This document shows positions 51,711 through 61,572 of a stretch of DNA of 64,000 nucleotides, piece after piece. The stretch's first letter is position 1, and every line of letters starts with the position of its first letter. Location of the stretch: contig OY843751.1 of NCBI GenBank assembly GCA_963693055.1, positions 3,936,001-4,000,000 on the forward strand, written 5' to 3'. Made by a program: the position numbers and the translations under genes. The notes beneath the pieces are model-generated. The model worked only from the letters and a program-made list of their open reading frames with translations. It ran no database searches and had not been told where the DNA came from. The stretch is from a bacterium. Lineage in GTDB: Bacteria; Zhuqueibacterota; Zhuqueibacteria; Residuimicrobiales; Krinioviventaceae.

Positions 51711-53174
51711 TTGATGTTAAAAAAGTTTTTATTAATATTATGTTTAATATATTCAAGTGTCATATTTGGTGATAATGTTTTATTACTGGATGGCGACGGG
51801 GATTATATTTCATTTTCACAACCGATTATCAATACAAATACGTTTACCATTGAAGGACGTGCGCTTTTACATGACAGTGGTGGCGGCTTTTACAATGAAA
51901 GTCCGCTCTTTTGTCAAAATTCAGGAACCAACGACCTGCAAGGATCATTGATAAACATGATTCTGGAGAATCCGGATGGTGTTATTAAATTTTCTCTCGC
52001 TTCTGCAGACAGTCCTGGTGTATCGTACGAGCTACCCCGTGCACCCTATGGCCAATGGTACCACTATGCCTGCGTAGTTGATCCTGACAGCATCAAACTT
52101 TATGTGAATGGCGTACTGGAATCCAGAACTGTCAATACCCAACCGGGGGCTTTTAATCAAAACATTAATCACATCGAAATCGGTCGTCATCGCGTAAATG
52201 AAACAGATTACGGCTATTTGAATGGAATGATCAATGAAGTACGAATCTGGAAAACAGCTCTGAGCGATACATTGATCAGACAGCATATGCACGGTACAAT
52301 TAATTTGTCATCTGTTGATCCAAATCTGACTGCCTACTGGCGTTTTGATGATATTGTATATGATACAACAAACGACAACAGGGATAAAAGAGTTAAAGAT
52401 CTAACCGGAAATGGCAATGATGGTATTTTGCATGGAGATGCCGCACTTGTTCAATACAGATCTGACCAATACGATGGCATTGTAAGAATAGGGTCTGCTA
52501 CCGCATCTAACAGGCAGGGCATGTATGCTCCCCTGCATATAGATATTCCCATTGAAATAAACAATATTACAGTTAGTATTGAATGCGATACAACACTTGC
52601 CAAACTGGTCACCGTTGTGCCCAATCCTGAAATGATTTTTTTAAATTCATCCTATATTCCTTATGAACAATCCGGTAACAATTGGATCATTTCGGTAACC
52701 AGCCCCTACAATTTTGGTTCTTTGGGAAACTTGTTGTGGTTAAAATGGGAAGCAACCAACCCAACCTCTGAAGTTATTCCATTGACTTTAAAAACCGCTG
52801 AATATAGCGGCCAAAGAGAATCGCTGGTACTGGTTTCCGGTGAAATCTATGTTGAACCAGATATTACGAATATTGTATCTGATGAAAAATCACCAACTCA
52901 ATTTAAAATATTACAAAATTATCCAAATCCTTTTAACCCATTTACAATTATAGAATATCAACTTGAAAATCAATCAGAAATTGATCTTTCTATCTATAAT
53001 GTAAATGGAGAACGGGTAGCCACACTGCTACATGATTTCAGATTGGCCGGCACCCATGCAGTCCAGTGGAACGCACAAAATCAGGCAGGCAACAAGGTTG
53101 CCTCGGGCATTTATTTTGTCAGATTACAAACAAATGATTTTGTAAAGATACATAAAATTGTTTTACAGAAATAA
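51711..53174 (+). CDS. Secreted LamG-like + cohesin-like + C-terminal sorting/FlgD-Ig domain protein
   Basis: LDGDGDY, WYHYACV, LYVNG, GMINEVRIW, AYWRFD, DLTGNGNDG; NYPNPFN. Confidence 0.85.
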   Translation: MMLKKFLLILCLIYSSVIFGDNVLLLDGDGDYISFSQPIINTNTFTIEGRALLHDSGGGFYNESPLFCQNSGTNDLQGSLINMILENPDGVIKFSLASADSPGVSYELPRAPYGQWYHYACVVDPDSIKLYVNGVLESRTVNTQPGAFNQNINHIEIGRHRVNETDYGYLNGMINEVRIWKTALSDTLIRQHMHGTINLSSVDPNLTAYWRFDDIVYDTTNDNRDKRVKDLTGNGNDGILHGDAALVQYRSDQYDGIVRIGSATASNRQGMYAPLHIDIPIEINNITVSIECDTTLAKLVTVVPNPEMIFLNSSYIPYEQSGNNWIISVTSPYNFGSLGNLLWLKWEATNPTSEVIPLTLKTAEYSGQRESLVLVSGEIYVEPDITNIVSDEKSPTQFKILQNYPNPFNPFTIIEYQLENQSEIDLSIYNVNGERVATLLHDFRLAGTHAVQWNAQNQAGNKVASGIYFVRLQTNDFVKIHKIVLQK

Positions 53175-53234
53175 ATATTGACTTGAATCTTTTTTATTTC
53201 TAAATTTAAAAAACTTAAAACAAGGGGTGAAAAA

Positions 53235-55022
53235 ATGTTAAAAAAGATGGTAGTTGCAGTATTCATTCTCAGCACTATACTCATGGCAGAGCCGTATGTT
53301 GACAAAGTATTACTATTAAGTGGGGATGGTGATTTTGTAAAACTACCCAAACCTGTCATTGAATCAAACGTATTTACCATAGAAGCCTTTGCGTATATGC
53401 ATGCCAAAGGTGGCGGTTATTATCATCAAAATCCTTTATTTCAACAACGTGATATGGCTACAGAATATAACGATGGCAAATCTGCAATTGTTTTCTGTGC
53501 TGACATGCAATACAATGAAACGTATCTGGCAGTAAGAGATGAAAATCAACTGGTTTATCGTCTAACCTGCCCTTCTCCTGATTTTGGTCAATGGAACCAC
53601 TATGCAGTAGTTGTTCTCCATGATGTTATGTATCTCTATATCAATGGACAGTTGAAGGATATACAGGAACGTGCCGACCAGGGATCTTTTCTGGAATCTC
53701 TTGACTATATTGACATTGGCAGAAGCAGAAGCAAAGAGATTGATACCGGTTTTTTTAACGGAATGATCAATGAAATGCGAATTTGGGACCATGCTATGAG
53801 CGGTTCTCAAATTCAGGAATTAAGTACCATTAACAATCTGGAAGCCCAGGTAGAACAAACAAATAGCATAGGCCTGGCAGCTTATTGGGATTTCAATAAC
53901 GTAAAATATGTTATGAATAATCAAGATGTATTGGAAAGTTACGTTATTGACAAATCAGGGAATGGAAATGATGGCTTGATGATTGATAAAGCAGCCATCG
54001 TTCCTTATACCGATCAACTTGAAGATAACAAAATCCAATTTTCAACAGTTCCCTATTTTAACGGACAAAGCCATGTTATTACACCTGTTTATATCGACCT
54101 TGACAACCAGGACGATATAAATAAAATCAGAATCACATGCGATGGATTTGCTGGCAATGCAATAGCTAAAGGTGCAAACTTTAATCCCGAAATGGTTGAT
54201 CCCTCCAATTCATCAGTATACTGTTGGATGGAAGGTGATGAAATGATATTAAAGGTTATGAGTTCCAGTCCCATTAAGCCCAAAGGAGAGCTTGCATATG
54301 TCGCATGGGAAATACAACCGCAAGCCAGTGGTCTTGTTCCCATCACAACCAACAAATGCCAAATAAATGATCTTGATATATCTGCAACTTTTGTAGAAGG
54401 TGGAATTTATATTCTTGAAAACGATGATACCAATCCCGTTACTTTTGCAAATTTGAGTGCTTCATACAATCCTGATCAAGGTGTTGTTGTGGAATGGCAA
54501 ACCCATTCAGAGACCAACAACCTGGGCTTTAATATCTATTCAAGCGCATTCGCAAATGGCCCCTGGACTAGAGTTAACAGTACTCTCATTCCTGGCGCAG
54601 GTACGTCAGCAGACAAGAAACAGTACAACTTTACAGATGAAACCAATAGCAGCAATAATACTTTATATTATAAAGTTGAACAAATGGATACAGACGGCAC
54701 CTCTACTTTTTATGGCCCCGTTCAATTGAGTGGAGCACTTGCCACCTATTACAGTCTGAGACGTAACTATCCCAATCCATTTAACCCGACTACCAATATC
54801 GAGTATACTATTGCCAAAGAAGGCAATGTTGATGTTTCCATTTACAACATTCAAGGCCAGTTGATCAAAAATCTGGTCAATACTCAACAGGCTGCCGGCT
54901 ATTACAACCTCAAATGGGATGCTACCGATATGTATGGTAATTCAGTATCCACAGGTATCTATTTTGTGAAAATGCAATCAGGTGATTTTACCAAAATACA
55001 CAAAATGACATTTGAAAAATAA
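53235..55022 (+). CDS. Secreted LamG-like + cohesin-like + C-terminal sorting/FlgD-Ig domain protein (paralogue)
   Basis: Same LamG motifs; W.T.SETNNLGFNIY domain; NYPNPFN. Confidence 0.85.
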   Translation: MLKKMVVAVFILSTILMAEPYVDKVLLLSGDGDFVKLPKPVIESNVFTIEAFAYMHAKGGGYYHQNPLFQQRDMATEYNDGKSAIVFCADMQYNETYLAVRDENQLVYRLTCPSPDFGQWNHYAVVVLHDVMYLYINGQLKDIQERADQGSFLESLDYIDIGRSRSKEIDTGFFNGMINEMRIWDHAMSGSQIQELSTINNLEAQVEQTNSIGLAAYWDFNNVKYVMNNQDVLESYVIDKSGNGNDGLMIDKAAIVPYTDQLEDNKIQFSTVPYFNGQSHVITPVYIDLDNQDDINKIRITCDGFAGNAIAKGANFNPEMVDPSNSSVYCWMEGDEMILKVMSSSPIKPKGELAYVAWEIQPQASGLVPITTNKCQINDLDISATFVEGGIYILENDDTNPVTFANLSASYNPDQGVVVEWQTHSETNNLGFNIYSSAFANGPWTRVNSTLIPGAGTSADKKQYNFTDETNSSNNTLYYKVEQMDTDGTSTFYGPVQLSGALATYYSLRRNYPNPFNPTTNIEYTIAKEGNVDVSIYNIQGQLIKNLVNTQQAAGYYNLKWDATDMYGNSVSTGIYFVKMQSGDFTKIHKMTFEK

Positions 55023-55030
55023 AATTAGTC

Positions 55031-55063
55031 ATCCCCGGTATTATAATTATACCGGGGATTTTT
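55031..55063. terminator. Terminator between convergent genes
   Basis: ATCCCCGGTA...TACCGGGGAT-TTTT. Confidence 0.8.
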
Positions 55064-55863
55064 TATACACCTACCTCTAAATTAGTATATTTTTCCAGCA
55101 CTGGCACCACGTTAAATTCATTTCGCAAAGCCAGATACTCGGTTTCAATCTCTTGAATATTTCTGAGATTACTTTTTTGCGCCCGCAGCATAATATTCTT
55201 GTCCGTATACCGGGATGATACAAATTCAAGTATATCTGTTCTGTATCCGTGCATTTCAAGCAGTAATGCACGCAAAGAATCACCCACCATGTATACCAAT
55301 CTTTCTTTGAATATACGATGTTTGGTAATACCCGTATAATGATGTCTGCGTAAATGCTTCTTGATAGAATGCTGACAACAGGAAACCGATAAAATACAGG
55401 TCGCCTTGTGCCTCAGCCCCAGATGCAGGGTCTTGTCTGTTGCCATATCGCAGGCATGCAGAGAATAGACCAGATCTACATTCCCGTCAATCTGAAAATC
55501 AGCAATATCACTGGCATGAAAATGCATATTGGTAAATCCAAATTCTGTTGCCTGTCGATGGCATTTTTCCATCAAACGGGCATTTATATCCACACAATGA
55601 ATTGTGAGTTTACGTGAATTTATAAAGGTATAATAATAGTTTACCAGATAACTCAAATAACAGTTACCCGCACCGCAATCAATAAATACCAGACTCCGCT
55701 TTGGGGAATAGTTTTTTACACGGGCTTGCACCATTTCCAGATAAGCCAGTATCTGCTCAATCTTGGCCGCCTTGTCCATGCTGGACTCGTTTTCAACATT
55801 TAAAAGTTTGAGTTTTTGGAAAAATGCGTTTAGCTTTTCCTTTTCATCACGTTCATAAAACAT
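55063..55863 (-). CDS. SAM-dependent methyltransferase (Methyltransf_32-like)
   Basis: IDCGAGNCYLS, SLHACDMATD, VSCCQH, EFVSSRYTDKN; GGAG RBS before ATG 55863. Confidence 0.88.
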   Translation of the reverse strand: MFYERDEKEKLNAFFQKLKLLNVENESSMDKAAKIEQILAYLEMVQARVKNYSPKRSLVFIDCGAGNCYLSYLVNYYYTFINSRKLTIHCVDINARLMEKCHRQATEFGFTNMHFHASDIADFQIDGNVDLVYSLHACDMATDKTLHLGLRHKATCILSVSCCQHSIKKHLRRHHYTGITKHRIFKERLVYMVGDSLRALLLEMHGYRTDILEFVSSRYTDKNIMLRAQKSNLRNIQEIETEYLALRNEFNVVPVLEKYTNLEVGV

Positions 55864-56388
55864 AACAGTCTCCAATAAATGACAGAGGTGCGTTATGTAT
55901 TATGTGATGGGAAAATAATTAAGAAATGTAGAAATACCATCCTGTAGATAGACCAATTACACAACTCACCCCTGGTGAGTAAATAAAAATTAAAAATTGT
56001 GTAAGGTTTTTTTCTACAGATCCAATTTTGCCAACAGGCTCCGGCAAAAATGGAAAGGCATCTCCGTTTATTTGATTGTTGCTAAAAGATATGAAATTTT
56101 TTAAAAAATCACAAAAGGATTTTGTTTTTTTTTATATCCAGGTTCTCCAGACTCATCACCCCATCCTTCGACTGGCTCAGGAACCTCATCGATACTCAAA
56201 TCCGCTCTCAAAACAGGACGGATTTGTACTTGGGTTCCACAGCCACCAAGTTATTGGCTTGATCTTTTTAAAAAGGGTCTGTAAAACATCTATTCACCAA
56301 TTTTTCGATGATAGAGTTTTATATATTCCACAACGCGATCCAAAACCTCACTGGTATGAATACTCACACCCTTGAACACTCTATGCTC

Positions 56389-56826
56389 ATGTCTGAAAAT
56401 CTGTACCTGGTAATGCATATTACAGGAGTAATTTGCGCGGGTTTGGGACTATTTGAGATTGTTTCAGAATTTTATATGGGCTTGTCGCCGCAAAACCGTC
56501 AATGGTTTGTTTTACCCATTTTATTAATCACCGTTGCTCCCTATTTGCTGGTGGCAGCAGGATGGTATTTTAACACCATTCGAGAGCACAAGGCCGGCAA
56601 CATTGATGAGAAACAAAAAATGGATATGGTTCTTGCAGGAAATACAGCCTGGCTGGTCTCCATACCCATCATGTTAATTTTATATATTTCTCAATATAAT
56701 AATATACAGGGATTAATCAGTATATTCTGGCTGCCAATATATATTTTTACAACGCTTCTCATCTTTTCCGCTTGCAGTCTGCTTTATTATAAAAAAGGTT
56801 CATTTTCTCTAACCGCAATGGAATAA
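56389..56826 (+). CDS. Hypothetical membrane protein (possibly 5'-truncated)
   Basis: Four hydrophobic segments with DEKQ motif; no clear RBS, start uncertain. Confidence 0.5.
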   Translation: MSENLYLVMHITGVICAGLGLFEIVSEFYMGLSPQNRQWFVLPILLITVAPYLLVAAGWYFNTIREHKAGNIDEKQKMDMVLAGNTAWLVSIPIMLILYISQYNNIQGLISIFWLPIYIFTTLLIFSACSLLYYKKGSFSLTAME

Positions 56827-56834
56827 ACTCTTCT

Positions 56835-56881
56835 CCCGGACTGTATTATAAATATATTTTAGATACAGTCCGGGAATTTTT
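56835..56881 (+). terminator. Rho-independent terminator
   Basis: TCCCGGACTGTAT...ATACAGTCCGGGA-ATTTTT. Confidence 0.8.
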
Positions 56882-57166
56882 ATTAACATTTTCTCTTTCT
56901 TTTCTAAAATACAACCCGTCTTTTTTTTATACAAATCTCGTAAATTTTACTTGAATATAAAATAAATCATTTATATTTTCCAAAAGCAGTATAATCAGCA
57001 TGTTAATTATTTAAGGGGATCCAATCGGCAAGATTAAACACCATTAACACAAATTAATTCATATTTAAACAGATTACAAACTAAAACCTTTTGGTATTAT
57101 AGATATATTTCCTCCATATTGTAATATCAAAGTTTCATCTCAATCATACCAGATGTTGGAGGCTTT

Positions 57167-60100
57167 ATGATTAAAAAGCTACTGTATGTTTTAATTGCAC
57201 TATTCGCATTTCTTCTCTTTTCAGGCTTTACCAATAACGACAACTCGATCACTTTACTCACCCAGGAACAATTGGGACGAATTGACGGCAGGCTGCACAC
57301 GTTGTTTAAAAACCAGTCAAGTGCCAGCCTTAGGACCCAGGCAATGACCAAAGATTCATTTCTTGCTACGCAAACTTCTGTTATAGAGAGAAAAGATGGT
57401 TCAATTGCTTATGGCGTTATTATTCGCACAGATGATCCCGATGCATTGATCAATGCGGGTGTGCCGGTTAACTCTGTTATTACCGGTTATGTTACGGCAC
57501 ATTTATCTCCACAACAAATGATCTCAACCCTGGAATTATCACAGGTAATAAAAATTAGTCTGGGTTCAGTATGTTATCCTAAAAACGATCTGGCAGTTGG
57601 TAGTATTGGAGCGGATTTGCTGAATAACAGCTATTTGAACAATACCGAATACAAAGGCAGCGGTGTACTGGTTTGTATTATAGATACTGGTATAGACTGG
57701 GAGCATTTGGATTTCCGTGATCCTGTAGACAATACAAAAAGCCGCATTCTCTATATCTGGGACCAAACACTAACAGCAACCGGTGGAGAAGGTACCCCGG
57801 CAGACAGAGACCCTGCTAATTTTGGTACATTAGACACCGGGGTTGAATATACACAAGCGGACATTGAAGATGAAATTGACGGTTCACCCGCAGGTTTTGT
57901 AAGAGAAGCAGACATTAACGGACACGGTACCCACGTAGCAGGCTCCGCGGCGGGTAATGGTGTTGCGTATTCAAACAAAAGTTTTGCCGGAGTAGCACCG
58001 GAAGCGGATATCATAGTGGTTAAAGCCGGTAACGGCAGTTTTCCAAGCAGCAATACCATTAATGCATTGACCTATGCACAAAAAATGTCAGAAACGCTTG
58101 GTAAACCAATCGTCGTTAACATGAGTCTGGGTGGTCACGCATCGGCTCATGATGGTACAGGGCCGAAAGAAGTCGCTGTTGATGATTTTACCGGTGCAGG
58201 ACGCGTGGCGGTGATTTCCGCGGGCAATGAAGGCAGCGATCTTATTCATTTTTCCGGTACCGTACTTGGGAGTGGTAATACAAGTGTAACAATCAGCATC
58301 CCTGATTATACAAGCAATATTAATTCAGGTACAGATAATGATGTTTTTGGTGTTGATATCTGGTATGACGATTTTACCGATGTTACCATGACCATTGATT
58401 CACCCAATCTTGCCCCCTTTGATGTAATCCATGGCGATGATGATACTCATGGTGTTGAAACAGATGGTACAATCTATTACTATAACAATTCGGATGGGAC
58501 ATATACAAATGGTGACAGAAGAAATTACTTGTACGTTTATGATGATACTGAAGCCAATGTTCCCGCATGGGGTACATGGACTCTAACACTTACCAACAAT
58601 ACCGGGTCAGCTGTTGATTTTCACGGTTGGCTATTCACCAATTCTATGCCAGTCAACATCACCGGCGCTAATTCAAATTATACGGTGGGTGATCCCGGTA
58701 CCGCTTCCAGCGCAATAACTGTAGGTGCATATACCAGCCGCTGGCGTTGGTCAGATTATTTAGGTAATGGTTACAGTTATGGTGCTGGTGAAACTTCAGA
58801 TGACATGGCTAGTTTTAGCAGCATTGGCCCCCGTCGTGATGATGTGCAAAAACCCGATATCGTCGCACCTGGCATGGGTATTTTCTCATCCCTGTCACAG
58901 GATTGTACTCCATCAGCTAGTCGCATTGCTCCGGGTGAGCAGCATCACATGATACAGGGTACCAGCATGTCATGCCCCATAACCACAGGTGCAGTTGCCT
59001 TGTTATTGGAAGCCAACCCAAACCTGACTGCTGCTGAAGTAAAATCTTTGATCACCAGTACAGCCATGACAGACACATATACCGGCGGTTCATTACCGGA
59101 TTATGAATGGGGATACGGCAAGCTGGATATTTTCAAAGCCGCTGCTAAATTACAGGATTCCGGTACTACATTGGACCGGGAAATATTGGCATACGATACC
59201 TGGAGTGGTGATGCATCACAAAATATTTTCGTAAATGAAAAAATTGCTACACGGTTTACACCTTCATTGAGTGGTAAAGTAACAGGTTTTTTCTTCCATC
59301 CTTCATCAACGGTTACCATAACAGGCCCCTTGTATGCAGAAATTTGGTCAGATAATGGTGGTCTTCCTAATGCTAAACTGGGAAGTACCGTTACAATTAA
59401 TCAAAATGCTTTTCTCCCTTATTCTTGGAATTTTGTAGATCTGACTTCCACCGGTGTAAGTGTTGCAAACGGTACAGACTATCATATTGTACTCTATTTC
59501 ACCTCAGGTACAGAAATATATATCCGATATGATGGGGGCTCTATTGATAACCGTTCGTCTTGGGATACCGGAGGTGGCTGGGCAGCTTTTAGTTCTGGCG
59601 ATTTCCGCATGCGCCCGGTTATCACGACGGATGAAAACGCATTGCTTGCAGCCAAAGTATTTCTGCAAGGTCCTTATGATACTGTGAATGATGAAATGAC
59701 AACCAGCCTTAACGCGTCAGACATTCCTACAACTTCACCCTATAGTGAAGATGCAAGAACGGTCTCTTCTATCCCAACTGATATTACCGATTGGGTGCTG
59801 GTACAGCTCCGCAGTACGATTGACGGCAGTGCGGTTGTCTCTCACAGTGCATTTTTACACAAAGACGGACGAATTGTTGCAGATAATGGCACTTCCGGTG
59901 ATATTCCACTGGCTGTTGACGCAGGAAGTTATTATATTGTTGTAAAACATCGCAATCATATTGCGGTGATGAGCGACGAAACCCACGGTCTAGCAACCAG
60001 CAGTTCTACCCTGTATGATTTTACAACAGGAACAGACAAATACAGGGACGCGGCAGGTAAAGAACTGGAAACAGGAGTTTACGGCATGTATTCAGGAGAT

Positions 60101-60265
60101 ACGGATGCTTCGGGAACTGTTGATGCCAGTGACAGAGCTGCAACCTGGAATGACAGAAATAATACAGGTTACCAGGACAGTGATTGCGACCTTTCCGGCA
60201 CTGTAGACGCCAGCGACAGAGCAACAACCTGGAACAATCGTAATGTTACCACTCACATTCAGTAA
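57167..60265 (+). CDS. Secreted S8 (subtilisin-like, CspA-type) serine protease with C-terminal dockerin-like repeats
   Basis: IIDTGID, GHGTHVAG, SAGNEG, QGTSMS catalytic motifs; two D-x-[DN]-x-SGTVDASD repeats at C-terminus. Confidence 0.92.
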   Translation: MIKKLLYVLIALFAFLLFSGFTNNDNSITLLTQEQLGRIDGRLHTLFKNQSSASLRTQAMTKDSFLATQTSVIERKDGSIAYGVIIRTDDPDALINAGVPVNSVITGYVTAHLSPQQMISTLELSQVIKISLGSVCYPKNDLAVGSIGADLLNNSYLNNTEYKGSGVLVCIIDTGIDWEHLDFRDPVDNTKSRILYIWDQTLTATGGEGTPADRDPANFGTLDTGVEYTQADIEDEIDGSPAGFVREADINGHGTHVAGSAAGNGVAYSNKSFAGVAPEADIIVVKAGNGSFPSSNTINALTYAQKMSETLGKPIVVNMSLGGHASAHDGTGPKEVAVDDFTGAGRVAVISAGNEGSDLIHFSGTVLGSGNTSVTISIPDYTSNINSGTDNDVFGVDIWYDDFTDVTMTIDSPNLAPFDVIHGDDDTHGVETDGTIYYYNNSDGTYTNGDRRNYLYVYDDTEANVPAWGTWTLTLTNNTGSAVDFHGWLFTNSMPVNITGANSNYTVGDPGTASSAITVGAYTSRWRWSDYLGNGYSYGAGETSDDMASFSSIGPRRDDVQKPDIVAPGMGIFSSLSQDCTPSASRIAPGEQHHMIQGTSMSCPITTGAVALLLEANPNLTAAEVKSLITSTAMTDTYTGGSLPDYEWGYGKLDIFKAAAKLQDSGTTLDREILAYDTWSGDASQNIFVNEKIATRFTPSLSGKVTGFFFHPSSTVTITGPLYAEIWSDNGGLPNAKLGSTVTINQNAFLPYSWNFVDLTSTGVSVANGTDYHIVLYFTSGTEIYIRYDGGSIDNRSSWDTGGGWAAFSSGDFRMRPVITTDENALLAAKVFLQGPYDTVNDEMTTSLNASDIPTTSPYSEDARTVSSIPTDITDWVLVQLRSTIDGSAVVSHSAFLHKDGRIVADNGTSGDIPLAVDAGSYYIVVKHRNHIAVMSDETHGLATSSSTLYDFTTGTDKYRDAAGKELETGVYGMYSGDTDASGTVDASDRAATWNDRNNTGYQDSDCDLSGTVDASDRATTWNNRNVTTHIQ

Positions 60266-60289
60266 CGATATACCGGAGGATAGATAAAA

Positions 60290-61447
60290 ATGAAAAAATT
60301 ATTAATTCTATTATTATTATTCGCAAGTATCACTGCCGCGCAAACCTATGATTTCACCCTGACAGTTCAAAATCAACAGGTTAGTGGTTCTGATTTCATT
60401 TTTGATATTTATATGTTAAGGACCGGTTCGGCAGATATTTATTTGGGTGAATGTGATTTCGTTCTTACGTTTAACAATGGTAATTTTACCAGTCCGGTTG
60501 CTTCTGTTGTAACTGCGGAATCAAGAATAGCCACTTGGTATACATTATCCCCAACTATTGAAGCTACGAACAGGATAATATTAAATGTCCAAAAAGCACC
60601 ATTTAGCAACCAAACCGATTTTGATAATCGAGTACAGGTTATTGGTACATCCGGGAATGGTACGCTGATTGCGCAAATAAAGATCACCAACATTAGCAAC
60701 GCCGGTGGTACTGCGGGATTACAGTGGAGAACATCTGATCTTAATAAAACAAATATTCAGAGACTTGATAATACAGATCCCTGGGCGCTGGTTAATATTA
60801 CATCAAGCGGTACCTATACCAATCCATCGGATGCAAGTCTGCCGGTTAGTCTGGCTTCTTTTAATGCAACCAGCACCCCGCAAGGTGTATTGCTGACATG
60901 GGCAACCGAGAGCGAAATGAACAACCTGGGTTATATTCTGGAGAAACAATTGATCGGTGAAACCCAGTGGACACAGGTAGCCAACTATAAAACCCATGAC
61001 GAATTGAAAGGTCAGGACAATTCGACAACCCGGCATGATTATTCTTTTACCGATAAAAATGTACAGGCCAACAGTGAATATACCTATCGTCTCTCAGATG
61101 TAGACAAGGATGGAAATAGATCAGTTAAAAAAAGTATTGATGTAACGGTTACCGCAATTGTACCCAAAACTACAGCATTGCTGCATCCATATCCAAATCC
61201 ATTCAACCCCGAAACAAAAATCAGATACGACCTTGCAAAAGATGCCAATGTAGATCTGTTTATTGTAGATATATTAGGCCGCTCAGTGGTTAAACTGATT
61301 GACAATCAGCAAACTCAAGCGGGTTCTTATCATATCACCTGGAATGGTCAGTCTGCTGCAGGCAATTATGCAGCCAGCGGCACCTACTTTGTGGTATTTA
61401 ATGCTGATAATGTAAGACACATCCAAAAAGTTGTATTTTTGAAATAG
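60290..61447 (+). CDS. Secreted cohesin-like + 'LPV...W.T.SE.NN.G' domain + C-terminal sorting/FlgD-Ig protein
   Basis: Signal peptide, beta-sandwich N-domain (FDIY...LG..DFVLTFN), YPNPFNP...SGTYF; GGAGG RBS. Confidence 0.75.
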   Translation: MKKLLILLLLFASITAAQTYDFTLTVQNQQVSGSDFIFDIYMLRTGSADIYLGECDFVLTFNNGNFTSPVASVVTAESRIATWYTLSPTIEATNRIILNVQKAPFSNQTDFDNRVQVIGTSGNGTLIAQIKITNISNAGGTAGLQWRTSDLNKTNIQRLDNTDPWALVNITSSGTYTNPSDASLPVSLASFNATSTPQGVLLTWATESEMNNLGYILEKQLIGETQWTQVANYKTHDELKGQDNSTTRHDYSFTDKNVQANSEYTYRLSDVDKDGNRSVKKSIDVTVTAIVPKTTALLHPYPNPFNPETKIRYDLAKDANVDLFIVDILGRSVVKLIDNQQTQAGSYHITWNGQSAAGNYAASGTYFVVFNADNVRHIQKVVFLK

Positions 61448-61450
61448 TAT

Positions 61451-61465
61451 CATATGACCAGAGGA
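61451..61465 (+). repeat. Left terminal inverted repeat
   Basis: CATATGACCAGAGGA. Confidence 0.7.
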
Positions 61466-61572
61466 GAAAAAGAAATTTATAAAACCCCCTAAAAATACAA
61501 CGGAGCGTCAGATCATTAATAAATTTGGTGATCTGTCATTCTGAAAGTAATAAAAGGGAAATATAAAAGCAA

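Noticed and set aside
60100-60245. Nucleotide repeat in S8 gene as DGR or VNTR
   Set aside because: Explained by the two dockerin-like protein repeats; no reverse transcriptase nearby
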